A stretch of 64,000 nucleotides of DNA from Gemmatimonadota bacterium (GTDB lineage Bacteria; Gemmatimonadota; Gemmatimonadetes; Palauibacterales; Palauibacteraceae): NCBI GenBank assembly GCA_965116475.1, contig OZ220691.1, positions 864,001 to 928,000 on the forward strand, in the 5' to 3' direction. This document shows positions 49,353 through 59,426 of this stretch, piece by piece. The notes under the pieces are model-generated. The model was not told the DNA's origin and ran no database searches. It saw only the letters and a program-made list of their open reading frames with translations. How positions within the stretch are numbered: position 1 is the first letter of the stretch; each line of letters starts with the position of its first letter. A program made the translations under genes and the position numbers.

Positions 49353-50834
49353 TCAGACCCGCGCGGGACGGCGCGGCCAGTCCGCCGACTCCCGGTGCGT
49401 GAGCTCCACGCGCACGTCGGGGAAGCGCACGCTCAGGTGCCGGCACAGCCGCTCCGCCATGTACACCGAGCGGTGCTGTCCTCCCGTACACCCGAAACTC
49501 ACGCTCAGGCTGTTGAATCCTCGCTCCACGTAGTTCGCGATGTGCGCGTCCACGATCCCCCGCACCCGTTCCCAGAACTCCTGCGCCTCCGGCCGGGACG
49601 CGATGAAGGCGATCGTCTCCTCGTCGAGACCCGTGAGGTCGCGGTACGCCTCCTCCCGGCCCGGATTCGGGAGCCCGCGACAGTCGAACACGTATCCTCC
49701 GCCGTGACCCGACGTGTCCGCCGGGTATCCGCCCGGATAGCGAAAGCTCGAGACCGTCACTTCCAGCCCCCCCTCGACCGCCGACGGCGCCGCCCCGCGA
49801 CTCCAGCGCTCGACGATCGCGCGCAGCGCCCCCTCGAGTTCGGGGATGTCCACGGGCAGGCCCGCCTCGAGCAACCCCCGCAGGTTCTCCGCCGCGTAGG
49901 GCACGCTCTGCAGAAAGCGCGGTTTCCGCTCGAAGAACCCCCGGTATCCGTAGGCCCCCAGCGCCTGCAGCAGGCGCACGAGGACGTACCCGGGCCAGAG
50001 TTCGAGGAATTCGCCGCGCCGCGCGACGCCGTGCGATTCGATGACGCCGATGTAGTGATCGAGCAGCGCCTCCCGGTGCCGGCGCGCGAGATTCGCCTTC
50101 GAGTCGTAGAGCAGCGACGCCACGTCGTACTGCAGCGCCCCGCGCCGTCCGCCCTGGTAGTCGATGAACCAGGGCTCCGGACCCTCCGGTCCCCGCCGCA
50201 CCATTACGTTGCGGGACTGGAGGTCGCGGTACAGGAACCGCGACCGGTCGCCGGCGAGCAGGTGCCGCGCGAGCCGCGAGAAGTCGCGCTCCAGGTCCGC
50301 CTCGTTGAACGGGATGTGCGCGAGCTTCAGGAAGTGGTACTTGAAGTAGTTCAGGTCCCAGAGGATGGACTGCCGGTCGAACGCCGCCCGGGGATAGGCC
50401 CGGCCGAAGTCGATCCGCTTCCCTCCCTCGACCTGGAAGCGCGGCAGGATGTCGAGCACCCGCCGGTAGAGGGGGAGGACGGCGTCGGGGAAGGCGTCCG
50501 ACCCCGGGTCGCACGCTTCCTTGATCGCATCGAAGAGGGTCGTGTCGCCGAGATCCTCGAGGAGCCACACGCCGGACTCCTCGTCCGCTCCGTACACCTC
50601 CGGCACGGGCAATCCGAGTTCGCGCAGCGTGCGGGAGTAGGAGAGGAAGGCCCGGTTCTCCATCGGGTCGGGCCCGTGGGCGCCGACCGCGGACACCCCA
50701 TCCCCCGCCGTGAGGCGCCAGTAGCTGCGGGCGGAGCCGTCCGCGGCGACGGGCCGGATGTCCCGCGGCGGTTCGCCGTGCCACTCGACGAAGAGCGCCG
50801 ACGCGAGGTCGACCAGGCCCTTGCCGGGACTCAT
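49353..50834 (-). CDS. AmgK-like (APH-family) sugar phosphotransferase fused to a RapZ C-terminal domain
   Basis: DGSARSYWR, LEDLGD, YRDLQSRNVM, IDYQGGRRG, YDVASLL; then SFRY...VFDCRGLPNP...TGLD...GCTGGQHRSV. Confidence 0.85.
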   Translation of the reverse strand: MSPGKGLVDLASALFVEWHGEPPRDIRPVAADGSARSYWRLTAGDGVSAVGAHGPDPMENRAFLSYSRTLRELGLPVPEVYGADEESGVWLLEDLGDTTLFDAIKEACDPGSDAFPDAVLPLYRRVLDILPRFQVEGGKRIDFGRAYPRAAFDRQSILWDLNYFKYHFLKLAHIPFNEADLERDFSRLARHLLAGDRSRFLYRDLQSRNVMVRRGPEGPEPWFIDYQGGRRGALQYDVASLLYDSKANLARRHREALLDHYIGVIESHGVARRGEFLELWPGYVLVRLLQALGAYGYRGFFERKPRFLQSVPYAAENLRGLLEAGLPVDIPELEGALRAIVERWSRGAAPSAVEGGLEVTVSSFRYPGGYPADTSGHGGGYVFDCRGLPNPGREEAYRDLTGLDEETIAFIASRPEAQEFWERVRGIVDAHIANYVERGFNSLSVSFGCTGGQHRSVYMAERLCRHLSVRFPDVRVELTHRESADWPRRPARV

Positions 50835-51799
50835 CAGCCGGCCGGAATCGCGGGGCCGGCGGCGGGGCGGGTCTTGAGCGCGCCCACGAGGTCCTCGAGG
50901 CGCGCGACGCCGGTCGCCTCCAGGTATTCCGAGATCCCGGCGTGGACGTCCACCGCCGCGCCCGGATCGACGAACGAAGCCGTCCCGACCTGCACGAGAC
51001 AGGCGCCGGCGAGGATGTACTGCAGCGCGTCCTCGGCGTTGCGGATGCCTCCGATGCCCATGATCGGCAGCCCGCACGTCTGCCGCGCCCGCCACGTCGC
51101 GTAGACGCCCATGGGGAGGATCGCGGGCCCGCTCACGCCCCCGGACCGGTTGCCGATCAGCGGTTCGCGGCGCCCGATGTCGACAACCATCCCGGGGAAG
51201 GTGTTGATCGCGCTCAGACCGTCGGCCCCCGCCTCCTCGCAGATGCGGGCGAAGTCGCCCACGTCGGGGACGTTGGGCGTGAGCTTGATCACGAGCGGCC
51301 GTTCCGTGCAGCCGCGGAGCCGCGCCACGAGGTCGGCCAGCGCCCGCTCGTCGGTGCCGAACATCGTGCCGCCCTTCACGTTCGGACAGGAGACGTTGAT
51401 CTCGTACCCGAGGAAGCCGTCCTCCCCGTCGAGTCCGCGCACGACGGCGGCGAAGTCCTCCGCCGAGTGCCCGACCACGTTCACGAACACCTGCGCGCGG
51501 CGGAGGTGCTCCCGCAGCCAGGGGAGTTTCTCCGCGATGAAGCCCCGCAGCCCCGGGTTCTCGAGTCCGATCGCGTTGATCATCCCGCCGGGCGTCTCCG
51601 CGACGCGGTGGGGCGGGTTCCCGGGGCGGGGCTCGAGGCTCACCGCCTTCGTGACCAGCCCTCCGATCTCGTCGAGGGGGATGAGATCCGCGTATTCCTG
51701 CCCGTAGCCGCACGTGCCCGAGGCCAGGAGCACGGGACTCGGAAATTCCGCCCCGAACACGCGCTGGACGAGGCCCGGGGACGCCGCTGCCGAGGTCAG
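50834..51799 (-). CDS. pyrD: Dihydroorotate dehydrogenase B, catalytic subunit
   Basis: PVLLASGTCGYG, GNPPHRVAET, NAIGLENPG, EINVSCPNV, KLTPNV, AINT, GGVSGPAI. Start is uncertain (CTG 51799). Confidence 0.95.
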   Translation of the reverse strand: MTSAAASPGLVQRVFGAEFPSPVLLASGTCGYGQEYADLIPLDEIGGLVTKAVSLEPRPGNPPHRVAETPGGMINAIGLENPGLRGFIAEKLPWLREHLRRAQVFVNVVGHSAEDFAAVVRGLDGEDGFLGYEINVSCPNVKGGTMFGTDERALADLVARLRGCTERPLVIKLTPNVPDVGDFARICEEAGADGLSAINTFPGMVVDIGRREPLIGNRSGGVSGPAILPMGVYATWRARQTCGLPIMGIGGIRNAEDALQYILAGACLVQVGTASFVDPGAAVDVHAGISEYLEATGVARLEDLVGALKTRPAAGPAIPAG

Positions 51800-52587
51800 A
51801 TCGCCCCCCAGTCGAGTTCCTCCGCGGGGAAGACGGAGCCCTCGATGCATGACTTCACCCAGCGTCCGTCCGCTCCGCGCACGACGCACCCCTGGCAGGT
51901 GCCGATCCCGCACCCCATGTGCTCCTCCACCGAGACCTGGAGCCGGCGGCCGTGTTCCCGCGCGAAGGCCGCGAGCGCCCGCAGGAGGGGCGTCGGGCCG
52001 CAGCCGAGCAGGAGCGCGCGCGACGCCGGATCGAGGCCGGCCGTCACGAGGCCCTTCCGGCCAGCGCTCCCGTCTTCCGTGAACAACTCCGGATCGTGAT
52101 CCGTGAGCTGGGCGATGAGCGCCGGGTCGAAGACGGCGCCCGCATCCCGCTCTCCATAGATGAGCCGCACGCGCCGTCCCGCGGCCGCCTCGCGCGCCGC
52201 GAGGAAGATGAACGGGGCGAGCCCGACGCCGCCCGCAACGCACTCGACGTCCGCGCCCTCCGTGTCGAATGGGCGGCCCAGCGGGCCGAGCAGGAGGGCG
52301 GTCTGCCCGGTCTCCAGCGTGGCGAGCGCCTTGGTGCCCTGTCCGTAGGCGCGCAGCAGGATGCCCACCTCGCCGTCGGGGCCCGTCCAGCCGACGCTGA
52401 ACGGACGCGGGAGGAGCCACGCCCCCGGCGCGTCGAGCCCGACGCCGAGCATGACGAACTGCCCGGGGAGCGCGGCGGCCGCGATGTCCGGGCAGTCGAA
52501 CTCCTGCCACCACGTATCGCGGGCCACGAGGCGCGTCGAGAGCAGCGCCGCCCGCCGGCTCACGGGCGCCGCGCGCTCCACGGCCAC
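51796..52587 (-). CDS. pyrK: Dihydroorotate dehydrogenase electron transfer subunit
   Basis: PGQFVM, PRPFS, GPLG, AGGVGLAP, CGP, MGCGIGTCQGC...C (2Fe-2S ligands). Confidence 0.93.
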   Translation of the reverse strand: MAVERAAPVSRRAALLSTRLVARDTWWQEFDCPDIAAAALPGQFVMLGVGLDAPGAWLLPRPFSVGWTGPDGEVGILLRAYGQGTKALATLETGQTALLLGPLGRPFDTEGADVECVAGGVGLAPFIFLAAREAAAGRRVRLIYGERDAGAVFDPALIAQLTDHDPELFTEDGSAGRKGLVTAGLDPASRALLLGCGPTPLLRALAAFAREHGRRLQVSVEEHMGCGIGTCQGCVVRGADGRWVKSCIEGSVFPAEELDWGAI

Positions 52588-52601
52588 ACCGCCGGGGGCG
52601 C

Positions 52602-53855
52602 TCAGCAGCCCGGCTCCGGCGTCGGAGCGTACCGGCGCAACAGGTCTTCACGGTACGCCACGATCGCGTCCGCGATCGCCCGCGCGATCGCTTCCTGACC
52701 TTCCGCCCCGTTCAGGTAGCGCTCCTCTTCATCGTTCGAGAGAAAACCGACTTCGACGATCACCGACGGCATGCGCACGAGCGCCCCGAGGAGGACCCAC
52801 CACGGACCCTGTATGACGCCGCGATCGGGGGACCCGCCGCGCCGGACCCTCCGGATCGAGTTCTGTACGAACCCGGCGAAGAGCCGCGACTCCTGAAGAT
52901 TCTCCGTGCGGTCCAGCCCCGCGAGGATGAACTGGACATCGGACGGCGAACCCGCCGCGTCGTCCACTTCGGGACCCCGGTTCTCCCGCAGCGCGACCTC
53001 GCGCGCCTCCTCCGAGCGGGCCTGCCCGAGGAAGATGGTCTCGAACCCGCGCGCGCGCTCGTCTCCGGCGGCGTTGGCGTGGATCGAGACGAAGAGGTCT
53101 CCGGCCCGGTCCACCGCGAACTGGGAACGCTGGTCGAGGTCCACGTAGACGTCCGCCTCCCGGGTCAGGTGGGGCTCGAACATCTCGCACCCTTCGAGCT
53201 CGCCGTACAGCCGTCTCGCGATCGCGAGCACGATGTCCTTCTCGTAGCTCGCGTTGCCCAGCGTTCCCGGGTCCCGGCCTCCGTGGCCCGGGTCGATGAT
53301 CACGCGCCACGGCGCCGTCGGGTCGACGCGGGCCGGCAGCGGGTCCGGCGGCGGCGGGGAGGACGGGGGCTCCGCGGATGACGCGGGCGCCTGCGACTCT
53401 ACGGACGCGGCCGGCGCCGGCGGGGGTCCCTCCGACACCCATCGGGTGACGAACTCGGCCGGAAGCCAGAAGGCGCCGCCTTCCTCGTAGGGGGGATTCG
53501 CGAGCTGCACCACGCGCCCCCCGTGTCGGAGGAACGGAGATCCCGCCTCGAACGCAACCTCGTCGCCGCGGAGGCGGGCGCGAAGGAAGACCCCGTTCCG
53601 CGTGACGTCCTCGATGACGCTCTCCAGCGCGAGCGCGAGATCCGCCGCGTCCACGGCGGGGTAGGCCCGGTGCCGCGCGACGGGAAGGCTCACGGTGCGG
53701 CCCGAGACCTGCGCCTGAACCGTCTCGGGGGGCGCCTGCGCGGCGATGCCCGTCGTGGTCCCGGAGAGCACGGCCTGCGCGACGACGACGGCGGCTACCA
53801 CGATCCGCCCTCCCCCGCCGACCCGGCCGCGATCGCCGCCCCGGTCACCCGCCAC
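52602..53855 (-). CDS. N-acetylmuramoyl-L-alanine amidase (Amidase_3)
   Basis: IIDPGHGGRDPG, EKDIVL, FVSIHANA, SVIVEVGFLSN; signal peptide and Pro-rich linker. Confidence 0.92.
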   Translation of the reverse strand: MAGDRGGDRGRVGGGGRIVVAAVVVAQAVLSGTTTGIAAQAPPETVQAQVSGRTVSLPVARHRAYPAVDAADLALALESVIEDVTRNGVFLRARLRGDEVAFEAGSPFLRHGGRVVQLANPPYEEGGAFWLPAEFVTRWVSEGPPPAPAASVESQAPASSAEPPSSPPPPDPLPARVDPTAPWRVIIDPGHGGRDPGTLGNASYEKDIVLAIARRLYGELEGCEMFEPHLTREADVYVDLDQRSQFAVDRAGDLFVSIHANAAGDERARGFETIFLGQARSEEAREVALRENRGPEVDDAAGSPSDVQFILAGLDRTENLQESRLFAGFVQNSIRRVRRGGSPDRGVIQGPWWVLLGALVRMPSVIVEVGFLSNDEEERYLNGAEGQEAIARAIADAIVAYREDLLRRYAPTPEPGC

Positions 53856-54318
53856 GCGCCGCCTCCCTCTTCGCCCGCTCGGCCTCCCGCTGCATCGTCT
53901 TCCTCTTCAGATCCTCGCGCCGGTCCCGGTGCTTCTTCCCCCGTGCCAACCCCAGCGTGACCTTGGCGAAGCCGCGCCGAAAATGGAGGTCCAGCGGCAC
54001 GAGCGTCAGTCCGCCCTCCCGCGTCTTCGAGCGCAAGCGGTCGATCTCCCGTCGCTTGAGCAGGAGCTTTCGCCGACGCACCGGGTCGGGCGCGTCGAGG
54101 GTCGCCTTGTCGTACGGAGGAATGTGGAGATTATGGAGCCACGCCTCCCCATCGTCGATCCGCCCGTACGAGTCCGTGAAACTCGCCTTCCCGTCCCGGA
54201 GCGATTTCACCTCCGCGCCCCGCAGCACAAGTCCCGCCTCGAACTGCTCGAGCACCTCGTAGTCGTGGCGAGCCTTCCTGTTGCGGGCGATGACCCGGAC
54301 CCCGTCGCGATCGCCCAC
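53845..54318 (-). CDS. smpB: SsrA-binding protein SmpB
   Basis: NRKARHDY, EAGLVLRGAEVKSLR, RKLLL, LARGKKHRDRRE. Confidence 0.97.
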   Translation of the reverse strand: MGDRDGVRVIARNRKARHDYEVLEQFEAGLVLRGAEVKSLRDGKASFTDSYGRIDDGEAWLHNLHIPPYDKATLDAPDPVRRRKLLLKRREIDRLRSKTREGGLTLVPLDLHFRRGFAKVTLGLARGKKHRDRREDLKRKTMQREAERAKREAARGG

Positions 54319-54321
54319 GGC

Positions 54322-54870
54322 TCACTCCCGGGACGCCCCGCCGTCCGCGTCTCCGGCGCTCTCATCGGCCTCGGGCGCGGCGCCCGTTTCGTCTCCGGCT
54401 CCGTCTCCGGCTCCGGCTCCCGATCCGTCCCCGGATCCGTCCTCCGCCTGGTCCTCCGGGGCCTCGCCCTCCGCCAGCGCCGCGCGGTAGGTCTCCTTGG
54501 ATTCGGCGACGCGCGCCTCGAGGTCGGAGCGGGCCTGCCGGGCCGCGTCCTTTCCCGCCTTGATCGCCTCTCCCGCCTTCTTCTGTTGGTCGGCGACGTT
54601 CTTGCGGAAAGCCCCCACGCGCGTGCCCACCTCGTCGCGCGTGCGGTCGTAGCGGTCTCCGAGCGTTTCCCGGAGGTCCGTGAGCCGCTCCCCCGTCCCC
54701 TCCTTCAACCGGCGAGCCCCTTCGCGCAGGTCGGCCTGCGTCTCCCGCCCGGACTTCGGCGCGAGGAGCAGCGCGACGCCCGCACCCACCAGGGCCCCGC
54801 AGAGGAATGCGACGACCCCGGACGCCCGGCGTTCCACGACCACGTACGGCTGTTGATCCTGCTCCGACAT
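54322..54870 (-). CDS. YtxH-domain protein
   Basis: FLCGALVGAGVALLLAPKSGRETQ, coiled coil, acidic G/A/D tail; AGGAG before ATG 54870. Confidence 0.88.
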   Translation of the reverse strand: MSEQDQQPYVVVERRASGVVAFLCGALVGAGVALLLAPKSGRETQADLREGARRLKEGTGERLTDLRETLGDRYDRTRDEVGTRVGAFRKNVADQQKKAGEAIKAGKDAARQARSDLEARVAESKETYRAALAEGEAPEDQAEDGSGDGSGAGAGDGAGDETGAAPEADESAGDADGGASRE

Positions 54871-54871
54871 G

Positions 54872-56371
54872 TCACTCACTCTCCTGCTCGCGTCCCGGCG
54901 AGCCCTGCGGACCCGGCGAACCCTGGCGCCCGCCGCCCTCTACAACCCGCCGGTATGCGGCCGGATCCCATTCGGGCCGTTCGTCGGCGTCGGCGATCCG
55001 CTGCCCCAGATGAAAGATGAGCCGCGTGATGCGCGCCGTCTTGTCGTACAGAATCCGGTCCGGTTCGTCGTTGGGACCGTGATAGTCTTCGTGCGTGCCC
55101 GTGAAGAAGAAGAGAATGGGTACGCCCTTCCTGGCAAAACTGTAGTGGTCCGAGCGGAAATAGAAATTCTCCTCCGGCCACGGGTCGTCGATCATCTCGA
55201 GCCCGAGTTCCGGGTGCGCCCGCAGCGTCTGCCGAAGCGCCGTGCCGAGCGTCGACTCGTCGGCGCCGATCGCCACGACGGTGTCGCGCCAGTTCCGGCC
55301 GATCATGTCGATGTTCAGATTGGCGACCGTCGCCCCAAGGGGGAACAGCGGGTTCTCCGCATACCAGCCGGAGCCGAGGAGCCCACGTTCCTCCCCGCTC
55401 ACGGTCATGAATACGAGCGAGCGGCGCGGCGGCGTTTCCAGCGACGCGAACGCCTGGGCGAGTTCCATGATCGCGGCGGTTCCCGAGGCGTCGTCGTCGG
55501 CGCCGTTGTAGATGGAGTCGCCGTCGACCGGCCGCCCCACGCCCACGTGATCCATGTGGGCCGTGAAGACGACGAACTCGCCGCGGAGGTCGGGGTCGGA
55601 GCCTTCGATCCAGCCGATCGTGTTGTACGCCCTCTCCTCGCGGAAGTCGGAGTGCGTGCGCACCCTCGCCTCGTAGGCGGTCGTGCCCGCCCCGGAAGCG
55701 AGGGCCGCGCGCAGCGCTTCGGGGAGCGCGCGCGTCCGGACGAGCGCCACCGGGGCGCCGAGTTCCTCCGGCACGCCGACGGACAACCGCTCCCGCTCGT
55801 AGAAGCGCCGGATGCCGGCGAAGTAGTCGTCCGGCGCGTCGACCGCGAGCAGAACGGCGACCGCGCCGCCATCGAGGACGCCGCGGACGGCTTCGAGACC
55901 TCGCCGCGTTTCCTCGGCCGTGACCGGCATGACGGCGACGGCGCCGGCGGGCGGGTCCGCGCCGCCGGGCATCACGACCGCGAGCGGACCCGCGGCCTCG
56001 CCGCGGCCTCCCGGAACGGAGAGGACGTCGGACGCGTCGATCGTCCCGCCGCCCGGACCGTCGATCTCAAGCGACTGCCGGCCGGGGGCGCCGGCTCGCG
56101 AAGCGGTCAGCGGATACTCCTGGAGATAGCTGTCGCCGTCGGCCGGCTGGAGGCCGAACTCTTCGAAACGACCGGCGATGTGCCGCGCCGCCTTGTCCAG
56201 TTCCGGACTGGGCGTCGCTCGGCCGCGCATCGAGTCGTGCGCCAGGGCGCCGATGCGGAGACGCAGGTCGTCCACGGTGATGGTCGCCGCCCCGACCGCG
56301 GCTTCGCCCTGCGCGGAGGCGCTCGCGGGGGAGGCCGCAAGGATCAGCACGGGCACCCATATCTTTTTCAT
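54872..56371 (-). CDS. Secreted M28-family metallopeptidase
   Basis: Signal peptide, TAHMDH, NGADDDASG, GEERGLLGS, NIDMIGR, RSDHYSF, DYHGPND. Confidence 0.92.
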   Translation of the reverse strand: MKKIWVPVLILAASPASASAQGEAAVGAATITVDDLRLRIGALAHDSMRGRATPSPELDKAARHIAGRFEEFGLQPADGDSYLQEYPLTASRAGAPGRQSLEIDGPGGGTIDASDVLSVPGGRGEAAGPLAVVMPGGADPPAGAVAVMPVTAEETRRGLEAVRGVLDGGAVAVLLAVDAPDDYFAGIRRFYERERLSVGVPEELGAPVALVRTRALPEALRAALASGAGTTAYEARVRTHSDFREERAYNTIGWIEGSDPDLRGEFVVFTAHMDHVGVGRPVDGDSIYNGADDDASGTAAIMELAQAFASLETPPRRSLVFMTVSGEERGLLGSGWYAENPLFPLGATVANLNIDMIGRNWRDTVVAIGADESTLGTALRQTLRAHPELGLEMIDDPWPEENFYFRSDHYSFARKGVPILFFFTGTHEDYHGPNDEPDRILYDKTARITRLIFHLGQRIADADERPEWDPAAYRRVVEGGGRQGSPGPQGSPGREQESE

Positions 56372-56456
56372 TCGCTTCCTTCCCGGAGGGACGTTCGACC
56401 GAAGGCGAGTCCGCGACGTGTGGCGGGGCTCCGCCACACGGAGCTAGTCTTTTCCG

Positions 56457-57398
56457 ATGAACGAAGGCACCGCAACTCTCACCCCCGCTCTCGAAGCCTC
56501 CCGGCAGCGTCTGGACCTCGCGAGTCCGCGCGAGATTGTGGGCCTTTCGCACCTCGAACTCGTGGCGCGCCACATCGTCGAGGGGTTTCTCATCGGGCTT
56601 CACGACTCGCCGAAGCGCGGCTTCTCCGCCGAGTTCGCCGAGGACCGCCCCTACAATCGCGGCGACGACATCAGGTACCTCGACTGGAAGGCCTACGCCA
56701 AGACGGATCGCCTCTTCATCAAGCAATACGAGGAGGAGACGAACCTGCGGGCCTACCTGCTCGTCGACGTGAGCGGCTCGATGGGCTGGGTGTCGGACGA
56801 GGAGCGCTTTCCGACCAAGCTCGCCTACGCGCGGCTGCTCGCGGCCTCGCTTTCGCTGCTCCTCGTACAGCAGGGAGACGCGACGGGACTCATCGCCTTC
56901 GATGACGCGCTGCGGGCGCACATCGCGCCGCGCACCACGCGCCGCCACTGGCGCCGGCTGCTGGGCGAACTCACGCGCCTCTCCGCCGATGGCCGGACCG
57001 ATGCGGGTTCCGCGCTCAAGGAGATCGCCGGCCGGCTGCAGCGGCGGGGTCTCGTCGTGCTCATCTCGGACCTGCTGGTGGACCCGGATACGACGCGGAT
57101 GTCCCTGCGCTATCTGCGGCACCGCGGCCACGAGGTGATCCTGTTCCACATCATGGACCCCGGCGAGCGGGAGCTGCCCGCCGAGGGGGAGGCGATCTTC
57201 TTCGACCCCGAGACCGGCGAGGAACTCGGCGCCAACTCCGCGGCGCTCCGCAGGCAGTACCGGGAGGCGGTCGAGGCGGCGGTCGACGGCTGGCGCAAGG
57301 AAGCGCTGCGCTGGGGGGCCGACTACGCGCTCCTCACGACGGACACTCCCCTCGGGCTCGCGCTGAGGCAGTTCATGCGCAGGCGGGCCGGCGGGTGA
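56457..57398 (+). CDS. DUF58 (vWA-like) protein
   Basis: GLHDSPKRGFSAEFAE, GDDIRYLDWK, IKQYEEET, VDVSGSM, LISD. Confidence 0.92.
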   Translation: MNEGTATLTPALEASRQRLDLASPREIVGLSHLELVARHIVEGFLIGLHDSPKRGFSAEFAEDRPYNRGDDIRYLDWKAYAKTDRLFIKQYEEETNLRAYLLVDVSGSMGWVSDEERFPTKLAYARLLAASLSLLLVQQGDATGLIAFDDALRAHIAPRTTRRHWRRLLGELTRLSADGRTDAGSALKEIAGRLQRRGLVVLISDLLVDPDTTRMSLRYLRHRGHEVILFHIMDPGERELPAEGEAIFFDPETGEELGANSAALRRQYREAVEAAVDGWRKEALRWGADYALLTTDTPLGLALRQFMRRRAGG

Positions 57399-57414
57399 CG
57401 GGAGCCGGGGTGGC

Positions 57415-59403
57415 TTGAGCTTCCTCTATCTGTCGGCGCTGGCCCTCGGGCTGAGCGTTGTCGTGCCGCTCATCCTCCACCTGCGGCGGCGCCAGACCGA
57501 CCGGCGCGTGTCCTTTCCGGCGCTCCGCTACCTGAGCCGCGCGGAGGATGCGCGCTCGAGGTCGCTCGCGGCCTCGGACCTGCTGCTGCTCGCCGTGCGG
57601 CTCGGGCTCCTGATCGCACTCGCGCTCGCGGCGGCGGGTCCGCTCATCGGACGCGGCGGCGCCCGCGACCACGAGCCGACGGACCTCGCGCTCATCGTGG
57701 ACAACTCGGCGAGCGTCGGGCGGCTGGACGAGAACCGCGTCCTGTTCGAGTCGCTCGTGGAGCTTGCCCGGTCGGCGCTCGCCGCGGCCCGCCCCGAGGA
57801 CCGCGTGTGGCTCTTCCCCACCGTGGGGGAACCGCTCGCGACCGGCGTCTCCGCGGGCCGGGCCGCGCCGGCACTTGGGCAGTTCCGGCGAACCGACGGC
57901 GCGGCAGACCTGGCCGCCGTCGTGGCGCGGGCGGCCGCGGCGCTCCCCGCCGACGGCGAGCGGCGGCGCGAAATCCAGTTGCTGTCGGACCTCCAGGCGT
58001 CCGCGCTGCGGGCCGCCCCGGCGGCCGCAAGCGACGCCGCCCCCCTCGTGGCCTACGCGCCCCGGCCGCCGGCCGAGCCGAACGGCGCCCTCGTCGATAT
58101 CGAACTCACGGGCGGGACGACCGTGCCCTCGGGCACCGGGCACGGCGTCATCGTGCGGAGCGCGCGCACCGGGCCGGCCGCCACGCCGGACCCACCGGCT
58201 TCCGCCGCGGCGGAAGCCGACATCAGGCTTGAACTCGACGGACGGCTCGCCGGCGCGGCCCGGGCTCCGTGGGGCGCGAGCGCCATCCTCGGCCTCCCCG
58301 AACTCGGGCCGGGGCTGCACGAGGGGCGAGTGGAAGTGGACCCCGCCGGCGCGCGAGCGGATGACCTGCGCTACTTCGCGATCCGGGTCGTACCTCCCCC
58401 CGCGGTCCGCCTCCACGGCGACGCGAACGGCTTCGTCGGGCTCGGGATCGAGACGCTCCGCGACGGAGGACGGCTGAGAGCGGGAGGAAACGGGGGCGTC
58501 GCGGTCGTGGATGGGGATGTGAGCGTAGGCGCGCCGTGGGAGGACGCCGAGACCGTGATCTTCGTTCCGCCCGCGGACCCGGTGGATCTGGCGGCGTTCA
58601 ATCAGGGGCTGGCTTCGGTCGGGATCGCCTGGCAGGCAAGCGTCGATGCGGGATCGGGAGACCTCGGACTCGCGGAGCCCGAGGCCGCGTTCTCGCTCTC
58701 GGGGGTGCGGGTCCGGCAGCGCTATCTCCTTCGCGCGACCGGCGGCGGCTCGACCGCCGACACGGCGCTGCTGCGCACGGAAGACGGAGAACCGTGGCTC
58801 ATCCGCACGGATTCGGACGGCCGCATGGCACTGGTCCTCGCCTCGCCGCTCAGCGCCACGGCCAGCGACCTCCCCGCGCATCCCGCCATGGTCCCCTTCC
58901 TCGAAGCGCTCCTCGTGCACTGGTCGCACCTGGCCACCTGGCCCTTCGCCGACTTCGGCGCCGGGCGGCCGCTGACCCTCCCGGAGTGGGCGAGCGAGGT
59001 CGAATCCCCCGACGGGACGGTGCGTGCCGTGGAGGGCGGAGCGCGGTTCACGCCGCTCAGGGCGGGGGTGTATGCGGTTCGAGGTACCGGCGGCGACGGG
59101 GCCGGCGCGGAAACGCACTTCGCGGCGAACGTGCCCGAGGAGGAGGCCGACCCGACGCCGATGGGGCGGCGCGAACTGGAGGAACTGTTCGCCGGCCGGC
59201 CGGTATTTACGGCGGGCCCCGACCCGAGCGCCTGGGCAGACGGTATCTTTCGCGCGCGGCGGGGCCGGGACATGGCCCCCTGGTTGATCGCGATCGCGCT
59301 CGTGCTGATCGGGATCGAACTGTACCTGGCGACGCCTGGCCGGTCGCGCCGCCCGAGCGCGGATGGTGAAGGGAGCGAGGCGACATCGGGCGCGTCGAAC
59401 TGA
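57415..59403 (+). CDS. BatA-like N-terminal double-TM / vWA domain membrane protein
   Basis: MSFLY...PLILHL...FPALRYL, IVDNSAS (MIDAS-like), LLSDLQ, C-terminal TM helix. Confidence 0.82.
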   Translation: MSFLYLSALALGLSVVVPLILHLRRRQTDRRVSFPALRYLSRAEDARSRSLAASDLLLLAVRLGLLIALALAAAGPLIGRGGARDHEPTDLALIVDNSASVGRLDENRVLFESLVELARSALAAARPEDRVWLFPTVGEPLATGVSAGRAAPALGQFRRTDGAADLAAVVARAAAALPADGERRREIQLLSDLQASALRAAPAAASDAAPLVAYAPRPPAEPNGALVDIELTGGTTVPSGTGHGVIVRSARTGPAATPDPPASAAAEADIRLELDGRLAGAARAPWGASAILGLPELGPGLHEGRVEVDPAGARADDLRYFAIRVVPPPAVRLHGDANGFVGLGIETLRDGGRLRAGGNGGVAVVDGDVSVGAPWEDAETVIFVPPADPVDLAAFNQGLASVGIAWQASVDAGSGDLGLAEPEAAFSLSGVRVRQRYLLRATGGGSTADTALLRTEDGEPWLIRTDSDGRMALVLASPLSATASDLPAHPAMVPFLEALLVHWSHLATWPFADFGAGRPLTLPEWASEVESPDGTVRAVEGGARFTPLRAGVYAVRGTGGDGAGAETHFAANVPEEEADPTPMGRRELEELFAGRPVFTAGPDPSAWADGIFRARRGRDMAPWLIAIALVLIGIELYLATPGRSRRPSADGEGSEATSGASN

Positions 59404-59426
59404 TTCGAACGTCGTTCCTCCAAACC

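Noticed and set aside
50835-52651. Long N-terminal extensions on pyrD and the kinase in the ORF track
   Set aside because: They are off-frame reads of the upstream genes; stop/start overlaps give shorter, family-sized proteins.
53845-54330. tmRNA (ssrA) near smpB
   Set aside because: There is no intergenic space and no tRNA-like ends are visible.
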